Assembly (NCBI GenBank): GCA_013265495.1 | Contig: MU059052.1 | Span: 4,770,061-4,834,060, forward strand | Direction: 5' to 3' | Origin: Vicugna vicugna | Taxonomy: Eukaryota | DNA: 64,000 nt | Part shown: piece by piece, positions 51,201-62,420 of the stretch | Position numbering within the stretch: the first letter of the stretch is position 1 | Layout: each line of letters opens with the position of its first letter | Notes under the pieces: model-generated | Seen by the model: only the letters and a program-made list of their open reading frames with translations | The model's database searches: none | Told to the model about the DNA's origin: nothing | Made by a program: the position numbers and the translations under genes

Positions 51201-51448
51201 GAAATATTTCCCTGCCTGAGGAATTTCTCCTGCTAAGACCCTAACACTACCTTTTTAACCCAGCATCTCCCAAAATGACCACTGCATACTGCAACTGCAG
51301 TGGTAAATGCATATTGTTTTATTATAGTCGGCAGATATACTAGTGTACAAATTACCCAACGATTAGGTAGTTTATGGGTAAATAGTCTCAATTTTCTCAA
51401 TTATCTTTACTTCAAGAATGAGTCTTTCTGAGAAATGCAAATCAACCT

Positions 51449-52335
51449 CACACCTTAGAGTGGCCATCATCAAAAAGTCTACAAATAACAAACACTGAAN
51501 NNNNNNNNNNNNNNNNNNNNNNNNNNNNNNNNNNNNNNNNNNNNNNNNNNNNNNNNNNNNNNNNNNNNNNNNNNNNNNNNNNNNNNNNNNNNNNNNNNNN
51601 NNNNNNNNNNNNNNNNNNNNNNNNNNNNNNNNNNNNNNNNNNNNNTGGAAAAAATGAAAACAGTAATTTGAAAAGATATATGCACCCCAATGTCCATAGN
51701 NNNNNNNNNNNNNNNNNNNNNNNNNNNNNNNNNNNNNNNNNNNNNNNNNNNNNNNNNNNNNNNNNNNNNNNNNNNNNNNNNNNNNNNNNNNNNNNNNNNN
51801 NNNNNNNNNNNNNNNNNNNNNNNNNNNNNNNNNNNNNNNNNNNNNNNNNNNNNNNNNNNNNNNNNGNNNNNNNNNNNNNNNNNNNNNNNNNNNNNNNNNN
51901 NNNNNNNNNNNNNNNNNNNNNNNNNNNNNNNNNNNNNNNNNNNNNNNNNNNNNNNNNNNNNNNNNNNNNNNNNNNNNNNNNNNNNNNNNNNNNNNNNNNN
52001 NNNNNNNNNNNNNNNNNNNNNNNNNNNNNNNNNNNNNNNNNNNNNNNNNNNNNNNNNNNNNNNAGAAACAGATTCACAGATACAGAAAACAAACTGGTGG
52101 TTCCCAAAGGGGAAAGGGTAGGTGGGGAGAAACTAATTAGGGGTATGGAATTAACAGACACAAACTATAAAGTATAAAATAGTTACGTAACAAGGATATA
52201 CTGTATAGCACAGGGAATTATAGCTATTATCTCATAATAACCTGTAATGGAGTATAATCTGCAAAAATACTGAATCCCTATGCTGTATACCTGAAACCAA
52301 CATAAGATTGTAAATCAATTAATTCAATAAAAAAG
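51449..52335 (+). mobile_element. L1 ORF2 end plus 3' UTR, mostly N-masked
   Basis: TAGAGTGGCCATCATCAAAAAGTCTACAAATAAC, AAAAGATATATGCACCCCAATG, AGCACAGGGAATTATAGC...GTAAATCAATTAATTCAATAAAA. Confidence 0.88.
51500..52063. other. Unknown bases: N runs 51500-51645, 51700-51865 and 51867-52063
   Basis: Read directly; all lie inside the L1 copy. Confidence 0.98.
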
Positions 52336-52379
52336 AAGGAAGAAATGAGGGAGGGAGGAAGGGATGAAGGAAGGAGAGA

Positions 52380-52760
52380 GAATTTCTGTCAACATCCATT
52401 CCAGAGTCACCGGACTTTCAGCTTCCACCCCTTATCCTTAGAGATATCCTTGCCTAGTCTTGCCTTATCCCCCAAATCAATCCTGTCCTCCCTGCAAAAA
52501 CCTCTTCATGGGGGATTGCTCAGCATCCTAGTTCCCCCTCACAGATCTTCTTGGTGGCAGCTTCCCCAGCATCTGTTCATCTCACCTACTGCTCATCCCT
52601 TGAGCCTGGTTTCTGATACGACTCCAAGTCCTCTGCTCCAGTGGGTCTCACAACTCTAAGCACCAACGTGACTTAACAAACCCCATCCTTAATGTCTCCA
52701 GGTCTTTTGAAGTCAACAATGTGTGGCTAGCAGTGCCTTCTCAGGATTTCCACACATTCA
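52380..52760 (+). mobile_element. L2 LINE fragment
   Basis: Pyrimidine-rich L2-like text CCTAGTCTTGCCTTATCCCCCAAATCAATCCTG. Confidence 0.45.
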
Positions 52761-53109
52761 GATGCCATTTCCTAGTCACTTTCTTCTAAAGCAAGAACAA
52801 GACAGACGGCATCTTCACAACTTAATTACAAGGCATCACTTGGCACCGGCCAGACCAGGGATGCTGAAGGACTGAGGAAGCGGAATCTTCAAGACTGGTC
52901 TTCCAGAGTTACTAAGTAGAGAGTGGGAGCACCATTTCTTTATCTCCACTAAGCACAGCACATATAAAGTAAGTGGCATTCATCTCCGCAGAGAGTAACT
53001 TAATTCTGTATACTTTTACTACACCCGGGACCCAGCTCCTAGGAGAGATGATGCAATAGCCATCTCTGAAGCACTTTTAAACAGCAAAGATTCGCTTACA
53101 GCTAGGTGA

Positions 53110-53310
53110 GTTTAGTGGTTAAAGCCTGGGGCTGCAGCATCTGAACCTGAGCTGGGAGCCCATACTCAGTAGCTATATTAGTCTCTTGCAGCCTCAGTTT
53201 CCTCACATGTAACACAATGGCAATAATAACGATACCTTTTTGCAGGGAACCAATGATGCGTGTTAGGTACTTAATACTCAAAATATAGCAGCTATTACTA
53301 CTAATAGTTG
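53110..53310 (+). mobile_element. MIR SINE
   Basis: TAGTGGTTAAAGCCTGGGGCTG...GCAGCCTCAGTTTCCTCACATGTAA. Confidence 0.75.
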
Positions 53311-56299
53311 TAGTTAAAAAAAAAAGGGAGTCACTCAAGAGAATACACACTCCACCACAACTGTCAAGAAAGACACCTGCAACTCATTTAACTTTTAATT
53401 CAGTGGGAAGGCAGGCAGGCACACTCAACATGCAGATGGAACCTCCTGTGTCTGGAGTTTGGAGTTTGCCCCCAATATACATCTCTGAGTCATGCACTGG
53501 AGTGCAGCATCTTTTCCCAAATCCCACTTTCATGCTGAGGTTAAACCCAGCAAACACAAAGTTCTATCACTGTGGGCCTCTACATGCTTTTCTTACAAAG
53601 AGCTCTGTTGTTTTTGTTTTTAATCAGATGGCTATCTTTTTTCAATAATGAGGAAAGCTCAGCCAACTGTGGGCATGTGGTTTAACATTAAGGTATCTGT
53701 GACCCATCCACCTACACAAACCTGATCATCAAAAAAGAACCTGTGTCTGGCTGTAGACTGAACACGATCGGAAGAAAGCAGTCACACACAATGCAGAATG
53801 TACAGCACATAGTATTAACTACTGCACAAAACTGCTGACGTTTTAGAAGATGAACCCCAGCTGATAGAAACTAATATGTAATAAGTTGATGCCTAGTTGC
53901 ATTTGAAACAGAGGGAAAAACTAAAATCCATTAAAAGACATACAAATGAGTAATGAATGCTATTTTCACAAATGCTCTATTTATAGAAAAGCACTTGCTC
54001 AACTTTAAGTTTAGAAAAACTAAAGAAAAAAATAACTCCTCCATTTACTATGTAAGTAGCAATCTTAGAAAATGGACAATTAGATCATTCCATGACAGAG
54101 AGTATTGGCATTTAACAAACTCTTCTATAAATATAAGCAATAAACAGTTTCAGCACAGCTGGCTTCTTAAGACTTTAATATTAACAAACAGACTTAATAT
54201 TCTTGATTTACTACAGATTTTGCCATCAAGTGAAATAGTCATGGGGATGATAATTGGGCCCTCGTGCCTCCAAAGGACAAAGCTCTGTGGTGTGACAGGG
54301 TGCAAGTCACAGAGCCCACAGGAAGGCCGTGTGTACAGCAATTCTAAGTTTGCAGTAGTGAAAAGGTTCTGTTTTCTCAGTTCTACTAAAAGTGAACAAA
54401 TGGGGTACATGCAGTCCCAATATCCCCGACACAGATTTTAAACCACAGAAAAACTCATCTATCACTCAAAACATACCAAAGATTGACTCTTAAGAGTACT
54501 CTTACAGTTTACACTCATCAAGCTAAGGGCTGTCTTAAGTAGTCAAATATGAAAACATCAACATTTATTCAAACTAAGCTCCTCTGTGAGTAAATGTGTA
54601 GAGTCCATGATGTAATAAAAACTTAAATACATTTTTGTGTTGAACCATTTCAAAAACACATCACAAATAGGATCAGTATTCACACAGAATACCAATGTCA
54701 GTTTCAATAGTAATTTATAGACTACAGTTTGAAATGGCAGATGAGAAATATTTATATAAAGTAAGCTTTATATATCAATATTACTTTACAATAAATTGTA
54801 TTTACCTTTGCAGGATGGAGCACCAGAAATTCATAGATTTATGCCTTTGCTGCCACCACTACATACTGACTTGCTGAGTTTTTAAGGAATTCACTTTACA
54901 ACAATGGAAAAACAGTGTAGAGCAATAAAATAAGACCATTATAAAATTACATTTAATCAAAAGGCAGAAAAAAATTTTTAAATCACAGTGCTAGTTTTTA
55001 GCAAAACTTCGACAAATAAGCAGACAACATTAAATTTAGTTCAGCATCCACCAGTTGCTAAATTTTGATTTGTTTTAGATTGCATGTTAAAGTTCCTATG
55101 AAGGAAAGTGATTCATACACTGGGAAGTCAGAAATCACTTAAAAAGTAATGGATATGATAGTTATCTGGAATTCATACTATAAAAAGCAATAGGCAGTTC
55201 CCAACTTACCAATGTAAGCAATTAGTTGTGCAAAATTTAGCTCTAAGTCAGTTTTTGAGAGTATCTTCAAATTTTAGCAAATGTTTCTCCTTGAGCTAAG
55301 CCATACTATTGGTTAATTTCGTTTGGTGGACCATTCTGGGAACAAACCTATTATTGATAACATTATTCCAACTGGAAAATTAATAGCCAGTTCTAATATA
55401 GAATGTGGGATGTGTGTGAAGGACACATTGTCCTAGGAAAGCAACAAGATCGTCCTCCAATTTCTACCAACCTTAATTATTGAAATAGCAAGTGACTGTG
55501 CGAGGCATCACACTAGGGTACTTTGGAGCTCCAAAAGCAACAATATTTCAGTAGCATCAGCCTCCAGTGTAATTAGCAATAATAAAAAGGAATCCTTGTG
55601 ATGGACGTGAAAAACTTCCTGTCAAAATAATCTAACAGTATAGCAAATGTTTAACACTGTTTTAGGTGAAAAGACTAAGTCTTTAAGTGACCCCGTATCT
55701 CAAGAAACTATAGGACTGCGAAGTACAATTACCTCTAATCAAGAATCTGCTGCTTTTCGAGCTAAGAGCAACATCTCCATACGGCTAAGATTCTGTTTAA
55801 ACGACTCCTTTATCTTTGCACTTGCTTTCTGAAATACAGATTATTCTGAAATTCTACAGTGATGTTCCACCTTTGTCACAGTGTTCTTCTAGGCCTGACT
55901 AGTGAAAGTGTCAGAGAACTTCCCCCTTTCATGAATAAGACGCAGCTGATACACAGAGTACTATCTACTACACATCAGGACAACTGTTCTCCACTATAGA
56001 TGTGCTAAGACGGAGACTGGTATTTATTCCTCCGTGAGATAAAGGCTCTCTCATCGCCCAGGAACACTGCCTCGGGGTGAACGAGCTCATAAAGTAAAGG
56101 CAGCTCATTTAGTTCATGGCATCAAGACTCCTGCTCCCCAAACGAAGCATTTTTCATCACGTCAGTCACAGCACTACTGACTCCTCTCAAGAGCAAGACT
56201 CATCATCCAGAATACACGCCAGAGACATGGAACAACAGAGAGTGCCCTTAAGGAGAGTTGGACTTATTGCAATACATTGCTGCTCTTTAGATCTTGAAA

Positions 56300-57084
56300 A
56301 GGTTCAGAATGGCCATCATGAAAAAGTTCACAAAATGAGAAATGCTGGAGAGGGTGTGGAGAAAAGGGAACTCTCCTACATTGTTGGGGGGAATGTAAAT
56401 TGGTGCAGCTACTATGGAAAATAGTACAGAGGTTCCTTAAGAAACTGAAAATAGACTTATCATACAATCCAGTAATCCCACTCCTGGACATATATTCAGA
56501 GAAAACTCTAATTCCAAAAGATATATGCACCCCAATGTTCCTAGCAGCACTATTTACAATAGCCAAGACATAAAAATTACCTAAATGTCCATCAAAAGAT
56601 GACTGGATAAAGATGTGGTATATAATTATAAAATGGTATACTCTCAGCCATAAAAAGAATGAAATAACGCTATTTGCAGCAACATGGATGGACCTAGAGA
56701 TTATCATACTAAGTGAACTCAGTCAGAAAGAGAAAGATATCACCTGCAAGTGGAATATCTGAAAAAAAAGACATAAATGAACTTATTTACAAAACAAATA
56801 GACTCATAGACATAGAAAACAAACCTATGGTTATCAGTGGGGAAGTGAGGAGGGATAAATTAGGAGTCTGGGATTAGCAGATACACACTATTAAATACAA
56901 AATAGATAAACAACAAGATTCTAGAATATAGCACAAGGAACTATATTCAATACCTTGCAATAACCTATAATGAAAAAGAATATAAATATACAACTGAATC
57001 ACTATGCTATACACCAGAAACAAACACAACTTTATAAATCAATTATACATAAATTTTAAAAAGTTATAATAAATAAAATAACAC
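56300..57084 (+). mobile_element. L1 ORF2 C-terminal remnant plus 3' UTR (artiodactyl-type)
   Basis: CAGAATGGCCATCAT...GCTGGAGAGGGTGTGGAGAAAAGGGAAC ([10 protein letters not shown]...GGNVNWC L1 ORF2 text, disrupted); probable TSD AGGTTCAGAA at 56300-56309 and 57085-57094. Confidence 0.92.
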
Positions 57085-57119
57085 AGGTTCAGAAAAGAAA
57101 GGATCCACAACACGCCATT

Positions 57120-57310
57120 AGGGCATTTGCAAAGCTCCGGTAGTCTCCCAAGCACTAGCATATACATCGTTTCATTTGAGTCTCCAATGACTCTGACAAG
57201 CAAGACACATATTATTGTTCCAATTTACTGATGAAGAAATGGATAAGGAAACTGATAAAGCTCAGAGGGGTTAAATGACTTCTTAGAGATCCAGGATCCA
57301 CAGTAAAGCA
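57120..57310 (-). mobile_element. MIR SINE
   Basis: ATTATTGTTCCAATTTACTGATGAAGAAA...GCTCAGAGGGGTTAAATGACTT. Confidence 0.65.
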
Positions 57311-57972
57311 TTTTTTCTTATAGGACATTGTCTCACTCGTCAAATTGATCTCTTTTACTAAACTACTTTTAAAAGAACCATAATAAAAAAAATTACATTA
57401 AAACTTCTTTTAGATATCCCCCTCCCCCCTAAAATCCTTTAAAATATCTATTCATAAAAATTAAATTTCTATATCATAAAAATATCCTGAGAACACTACC
57501 GATTTTAGTATTCACCAGTGTACACCCTGAAATTCAATTCTCATTAATTCCTCCCCATTTTGGTTTATCCTTTCCCAACTGAATTAAGATCCCATGTTGA
57601 GAAAAATTAAACAATGTAAAAGAATAATTTTTACTTGAGAGGTACACAGTTAAGCATTTATCAGGCAAAGAAGCAAATCATCATTCCTCTTCTCATGGTC
57701 TGACCTATTCAAAATAACAATGCTCTGTGGGTGCTGTTCCATATACACTGGAGTCATGGTTATGCTGCAATCACCAGCCAGTGGGTTGTGCAAGCTCTCC
57801 CTCTTCCTCAATCCAGAGGCTCCAGATGGTGGACAGTGTGGATTCCAGAATTCAAAGGGGTAAGTGAGTGCATGAGTGGCGAAGAGTGAGAAGAACTCAA
57901 GAGTCCCAAATAGGGTATCAATAAAGATAGACAGGTAGTCTGTAAGAACTTTTCCCAAGGCAGCCTCCAGGC

Positions 57973-58145
57973 CAGCACTGTCCATCAACTTTCTATGTAA
58001 GGGCAAGGCAGTGTACCTGCCCTATCCACCACGGTCCTCCCTAGCGCTGTTAATGTGGTGAGTGTAGCAGAGAAACTGAACATTTTATTTTATTTAAATT
58101 TACTTAAATTTAAGTGTAAAGACCCACATGTAGCAGCCAATCCCT
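57973..58145. mobile_element. MER3-like hAT-Charlie MITE
   Basis: CAGCACTGTCCATCAACTTTCT...GAAACTGAACATTTTATTTTATTTAAATTT...CCACATGTAGC. Confidence 0.75.
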
Positions 58146-58229
58146 AGAGTAAGTGCATCAGTCCACACAGGAATCACAGCGCAGTTTGTCTTCACAGGGC
58201 TCAGACCCTGGGGCGCCTGGATGTAACAC

Positions 58230-58420
58230 AGTGAGCACGGGCGGTGGAGGCTGACAGACTTGGGTCTCTGACCAGCTGTACCACCTTGACAGCTGACTGA
58301 GTCTCAGCTTCTTCATCTCTAGAGTGGGAATCTCAGTGCCAGTTTCTCAGGATGGCTGGAAGGAAAGGGCTTCCCTCTCACCGTGTCTAGCACACAAAAC
58401 ACTCTGTTTAACATTCATCT
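58230..58420 (+). mobile_element. MIR SINE
   Basis: GAGTCTCAGCTTCTTCATCTCTAGAGTGGGAAT...GTGTCTAGCACACAAAACACT. Confidence 0.6.
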
Positions 58421-59531
58421 CTCTCCCCTACTGTCCTCCCCCATCCTCTCAATCCCAAAGAACTGTACACCTGGAACCTACTGGGTGATTATGAGACCTA
58501 CTTTCATGGAAAATCCATAAAAATGTCTTAAGCTTCTTAGAAGGGAAAGGAAGAAAAAAGAAAAACACATCTGAGCTTATCTTTTAATTTAGCAAAAAAA
58601 ATTTTATGGCATCCAAGAATTATAAAGTGTACTCTTTTTTTATATTTGGTTAATTACAATTGCACTTAATTAAAAATGAGTCAGAAAGCTAAAGTATGCT
58701 CCTCTCTTATCTCACAAAGCACAACATTCTATGACAGAAACTATAAAAACCACACAAAGTTGTTTAAACATTACTCTATACGATAAGAGTCTTCACAGGT
58801 CTGGAAATCCACTACATTCCTGTTTAAGGGAGGAATTATCCAGCATTGCTCTTGTGCTCAATAGATGCTGGATTGATTATAAAACAGAGTTCAAAAGTAA
58901 TTACTGACATCCATAATTATATCCCTGACTCTAGAGATTATTAAAAGACTATTCACACACACACCCCATTCACGATATTCAGTGTAGTGTTATTTACAAA
59001 GAAAAAAATAGGACATCTTTTACATTCCATTACAGTGGAATTATATAAGTAAGCAAAGACACATTTGTTCAGTAGAATTTCATGTAGTCACTAAGAGTTT
59101 ATAATGAGAAGTTTATGGTAGAAGAAAGAAATAAGATTATAAAATTATATACAGCATGATTTTTAAATTAAAAATAAACATGGAAAAAAGTGAAAAATAA
59201 TAATAAGAACAGCTATTTTCATTAAGAGATAGAGCAACATAAAATTTTTCCCCCTCTCGCTTCTCTCCTATCTTCCTAGATTTTAATAATGAGCATGTTT
59301 GGCGTTTACAGTGGGAGGTGGGGCACAAATGTTTTTAAAGTTATTCAGTGTGGTTGAGCCCCAGTCATCTTTTTTTCACGTCATTTGAAAGCAGCTCCCA
59401 GGACCGTGGAAGGACAAGAGCTCGAACCACAATACCTCAAATGTGCTTTGGTCCCCGGCAGCCTGGCAACCAGGCAAGAAGATTACAGAGTCCACAGCCC
59501 ACACCCTCCCTGCGGCAGCCGCTGGTGACAT

Positions 59532-59578
59532 CCTCTCCTCCCCCTCCTCCCCTCCCCCTCCCCTTCCCCCTCCTCCCT
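59532..59578. repeat. Pure C/T tract (G-rich on the minus strand)
   Basis: CCTCTCCTCCCCTCCTCCCCTCCCCCTCCCCTTCCCCCTCCTCCC read directly. Confidence 0.9.
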
Positions 59579-59869
59579 GAAAGATGACACAACTAGGTTC
59601 TGCCTTGCTCCCCAGAGGCAGGAACACTTTCAGGGTGAAGAAGTACCCTCCTGTAGCAACCACACCTCTAAGGAACCTGCTTGAAAGGGCTTCACTGGGT
59701 ACTAAAGATTTTTAAAACATAAAATCTGTGGTCAAATAATTTTGGAGACGACTCTTTGGAGGAAAACCACTCCAAAAGCTCAGAGAATGGAGCTCCTAAT
59801 GCTACTTGGGTTGCTGAGGAATACCTGGTTACACAACTTACATGTGCACAGAAGTTCACCAGGCAAAGA

Positions 59870-60340
59870 AGAAAGGAAGGGATGCCCTAGGCGGAGAAGC
59901 AGTCAGTGCAAAGGGGAGATGTCACAGCACCTGTCAAAGACCTGTGGAGTTAGTTCTGCTAACGCTAAGGTACAAGGTATGTGCTGCAAAGAGTTAAGAG
60001 GGGAACCTGGAAATGCAGACAATGTCTAGACCATGAAAACTTCTAGGAAGCCACTCTGAAGAATTTAGATTTGATCCCATCTGATCAATGACTGAATGAT
60101 TTTAAGGTGTTAGATGATTCACAGCTAAGAATGATCCCTTTGGCTGCAGTAGGGAGGCTGAGCTGGGGAAAGGGCTGAGAGGTCACGACTGCAAACGTTT
60201 AAGAAGGAAATGAGTCTTTAAATAAATATCATTGGGGATAAAGAAAAAAGGACAGATTTGAGAGATACCTCAGTAACAGAAGAAGCAGTGGGATTTGATG
60301 AACTGATAAGAGAGAAAAGGAGACAGAATGAAGGAATGTA
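59870..60340 (-). mobile_element. L2 LINE fragment
   Basis: CACTCTGAAGAATTTAGATTTGATCCC...CTAAGAATGATCCCTTTGGCTGCAG...GGACAGATTTGAGAGATACC. Confidence 0.6.
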
Positions 60341-60346
60341 GGTCCA

Positions 60347-60485
60347 CAGGATTCCTAACTAAGCTTGTTGTGCTGTGAACTACTTTGGTAGTGTTGTGAG
60401 GCTAAGAAATGTTTCCTGAAATGTTAAGAGCATAAAATAAAACACACAGAATTAAAAGGAAACTAATAACACTGAAATACAGTTC
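60347..60485. mobile_element. Charlie4/MER80-like fragment
   Basis: CAGGATTCCTAAC...GCATAAAATAAAACACACAGAATTAAAAGGAAAC...GAAATACAGTT, similar to the 49737 element. Confidence 0.6.
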
Positions 60486-60504
60486 CCTCCATGTCTTTAG
60501 CCCA

Positions 60505-60784
60505 TTTCAGAATCTCTAGGAGGGCTTGTTACAACAGACTGCTGGATAAATAAGCTACAAGGATATACTCTACAACACAGGGAATATAGCCAATATCTTA
60601 TAATAACTATGAAAATTTTGTAATTTAAAAAACTGTAAAATCTGTGAATTACTGGGTGGTACACTTACATAATATTGTACATCAACTACATCTCGATAAA
60701 AAATTAAACAGAATGCTGGGCCCCACCTCCAAGTTCCCATGATGCTGATGACACTGGTCTGGGGAACACACTTAGGAACCACTG
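60505..60784. mobile_element. MER5A-like MITE split by an L1 insertion
   Basis: GGAGGGCTTGTTACAACAGACTGCTGG / GCCCCACC...GATGCTGATG...GGGGAACACACTTAGGAACCACTG. Confidence 0.75.
60546..60706 (+). mobile_element. L1 3' terminus
   Basis: ACAACACAGGGAATATAGCCAATATCTTATAATAACTAT...TACATCAACTAC; TSD AACAGA(C/A)TGCTGG at 60533-60545 and 60707-60719. Confidence 0.85.
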
Positions 60785-61769
60785 GACCAGGGTGATGCCC
60801 AGGTTTCTCGCTCAAGACCTAAGTGGACTTGGTACTAGTGACATGCTTGCTCACCTCCCTATCCCCAGGGCCTATCGCTTGCTACGCTGTAGGAATTCAG
60901 TAAATACTCTGTGAACAAATGAAGACCCAACACAGATATAATAGTGAATTTAGTCCTTGATGTTTGGCTAAATTACACCATCATTTGGTATTTGTTGTGC
61001 TTCGTATGTAATCCTTGAGATTCCTAAAGATAATGGATTACACTGTTTTGATCAAATTTATAAGCCTTCATAAGATTCAGAAAATGATTTTCAAGTCAGT
61101 TATATTCCTTTAGATCCAAAATAAGTATTTATAGTACACGTTTACATTTCAAAATAATGCTTGGGCAATCAGTGAGAATGCTGAATCCTCAATAATCATA
61201 TATAAGAAATCTCCCTCCAATTAAGGCTAACAGTGTCAAATACTGAACATTTCAAAGAAACTATCACTTTTAGTAAATTCTGTACAGTTCAAAGGATTGT
61301 CCAGTAAAATGTGGTTAGGGAATCTCCTGTAATAAATGGCTGAAAACTATTTTTAATTAGCATCTCAATCATTTAGCTATAAATTGCTGTTTCTCTACCT
61401 CCTGATTGTGCTTAAAAAACCATTTGCTTCCAAAATATTTTAAATATTCCTGATCGGTTCTCATTTACTATAACCAAAGTATAAAGTTTACACTGAAGGT
61501 AAAATTCAGCACATCTTCATCTGAGTTACTACAAGCCCACTAGACGAATCCCACTATTGAAGTCAATGTGTATTTATTTGTAAGGTGGCCAGCTCTGTGC
61601 TGGTTGCTATGGAGGAGATTACAGAAGCCAAAGAGAAAGTCGGTCACAATTTAGCTCTGTGAGCATTACCGAATCCCTTTGGTATTCTATCAGTATTATC
61701 TCCATAAATGCATCCTTCTCTGAAATACGTTATCCTCTCTTGGAATGAAGTTCCAGTACCTTTCCAAGT

Positions 61770-62420
61770 CTACACCACTACACCAACTACACAACCTCAC
61801 CACCTGCCCATCACTTGCCTGGGGCTGCCCTTTCTTCCCTCCCAATCTTACTCATAGCCGCATTTCTTCCCCTTCAACTCCCATCACCTCAATTCACGTA
61901 CCTACCAGGTGGACCTTATCTTGTGCCTCCTCCCTAGGAGCTCTCGGCTGCATTCCCACCACCCAGCCTTTATCACATCCCTCTATCCCTCAAACACATT
62001 CTTGGCCCAACCAAGATCCTTGATCTGGCCACCAAGGTCCTCCATCATTTGATCCCAATCTGAGCTTCCGACCTATTTCCTTCATGCTTCTCTAAACAAA
62101 CTCTTTACTCAAGTTGTCCTCCTTACCTTTATCAAAACATGGCTGTGCTTCCATATATCTTTTGCTCTGTTACTTCCCTGACAGTGAGGTCCTGCTCTGT
62201 GAAAGCCTCACCCATCTGTCGAGATCTGGCACACTGATGACCCCCTTCTCCCCAGGAGCCTTCCTTATCCCAATAAAAACCACCCCCTTCTCACTTTCCA
62301 CAAAATAAACTGTCACATATTTCACACCATTGTGCACAACGTCACTTCTTGGCGTGACTGTCAGCTGCTACACAACAGGGTGTGGGTCACACTTGGCACC
62401 TATCTGCCCATCACAGTGCA
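61770..62420 (+). mobile_element. L2 LINE fragment
   Basis: Extended pyrimidine-rich L2-like sequence, e.g. CAAGGTCCTCCATCATTTGATCCC, CTTCTCCCCAGGAGCCTTCC. Confidence 0.55.

Noticed and set aside
51448-52177. Long ORFs containing X
   Set aside because: Artefacts of N runs.
53953-54441. 162-aa plus ORF
   Set aside because: AT-rich, no homology recognised, no supporting splice or promoter signals.
56116-56707. ORFs of 102 and 147 aa
   Set aside because: Disrupted L1 ORF2 C-terminus and its antisense reading, not a host gene or intact L1.
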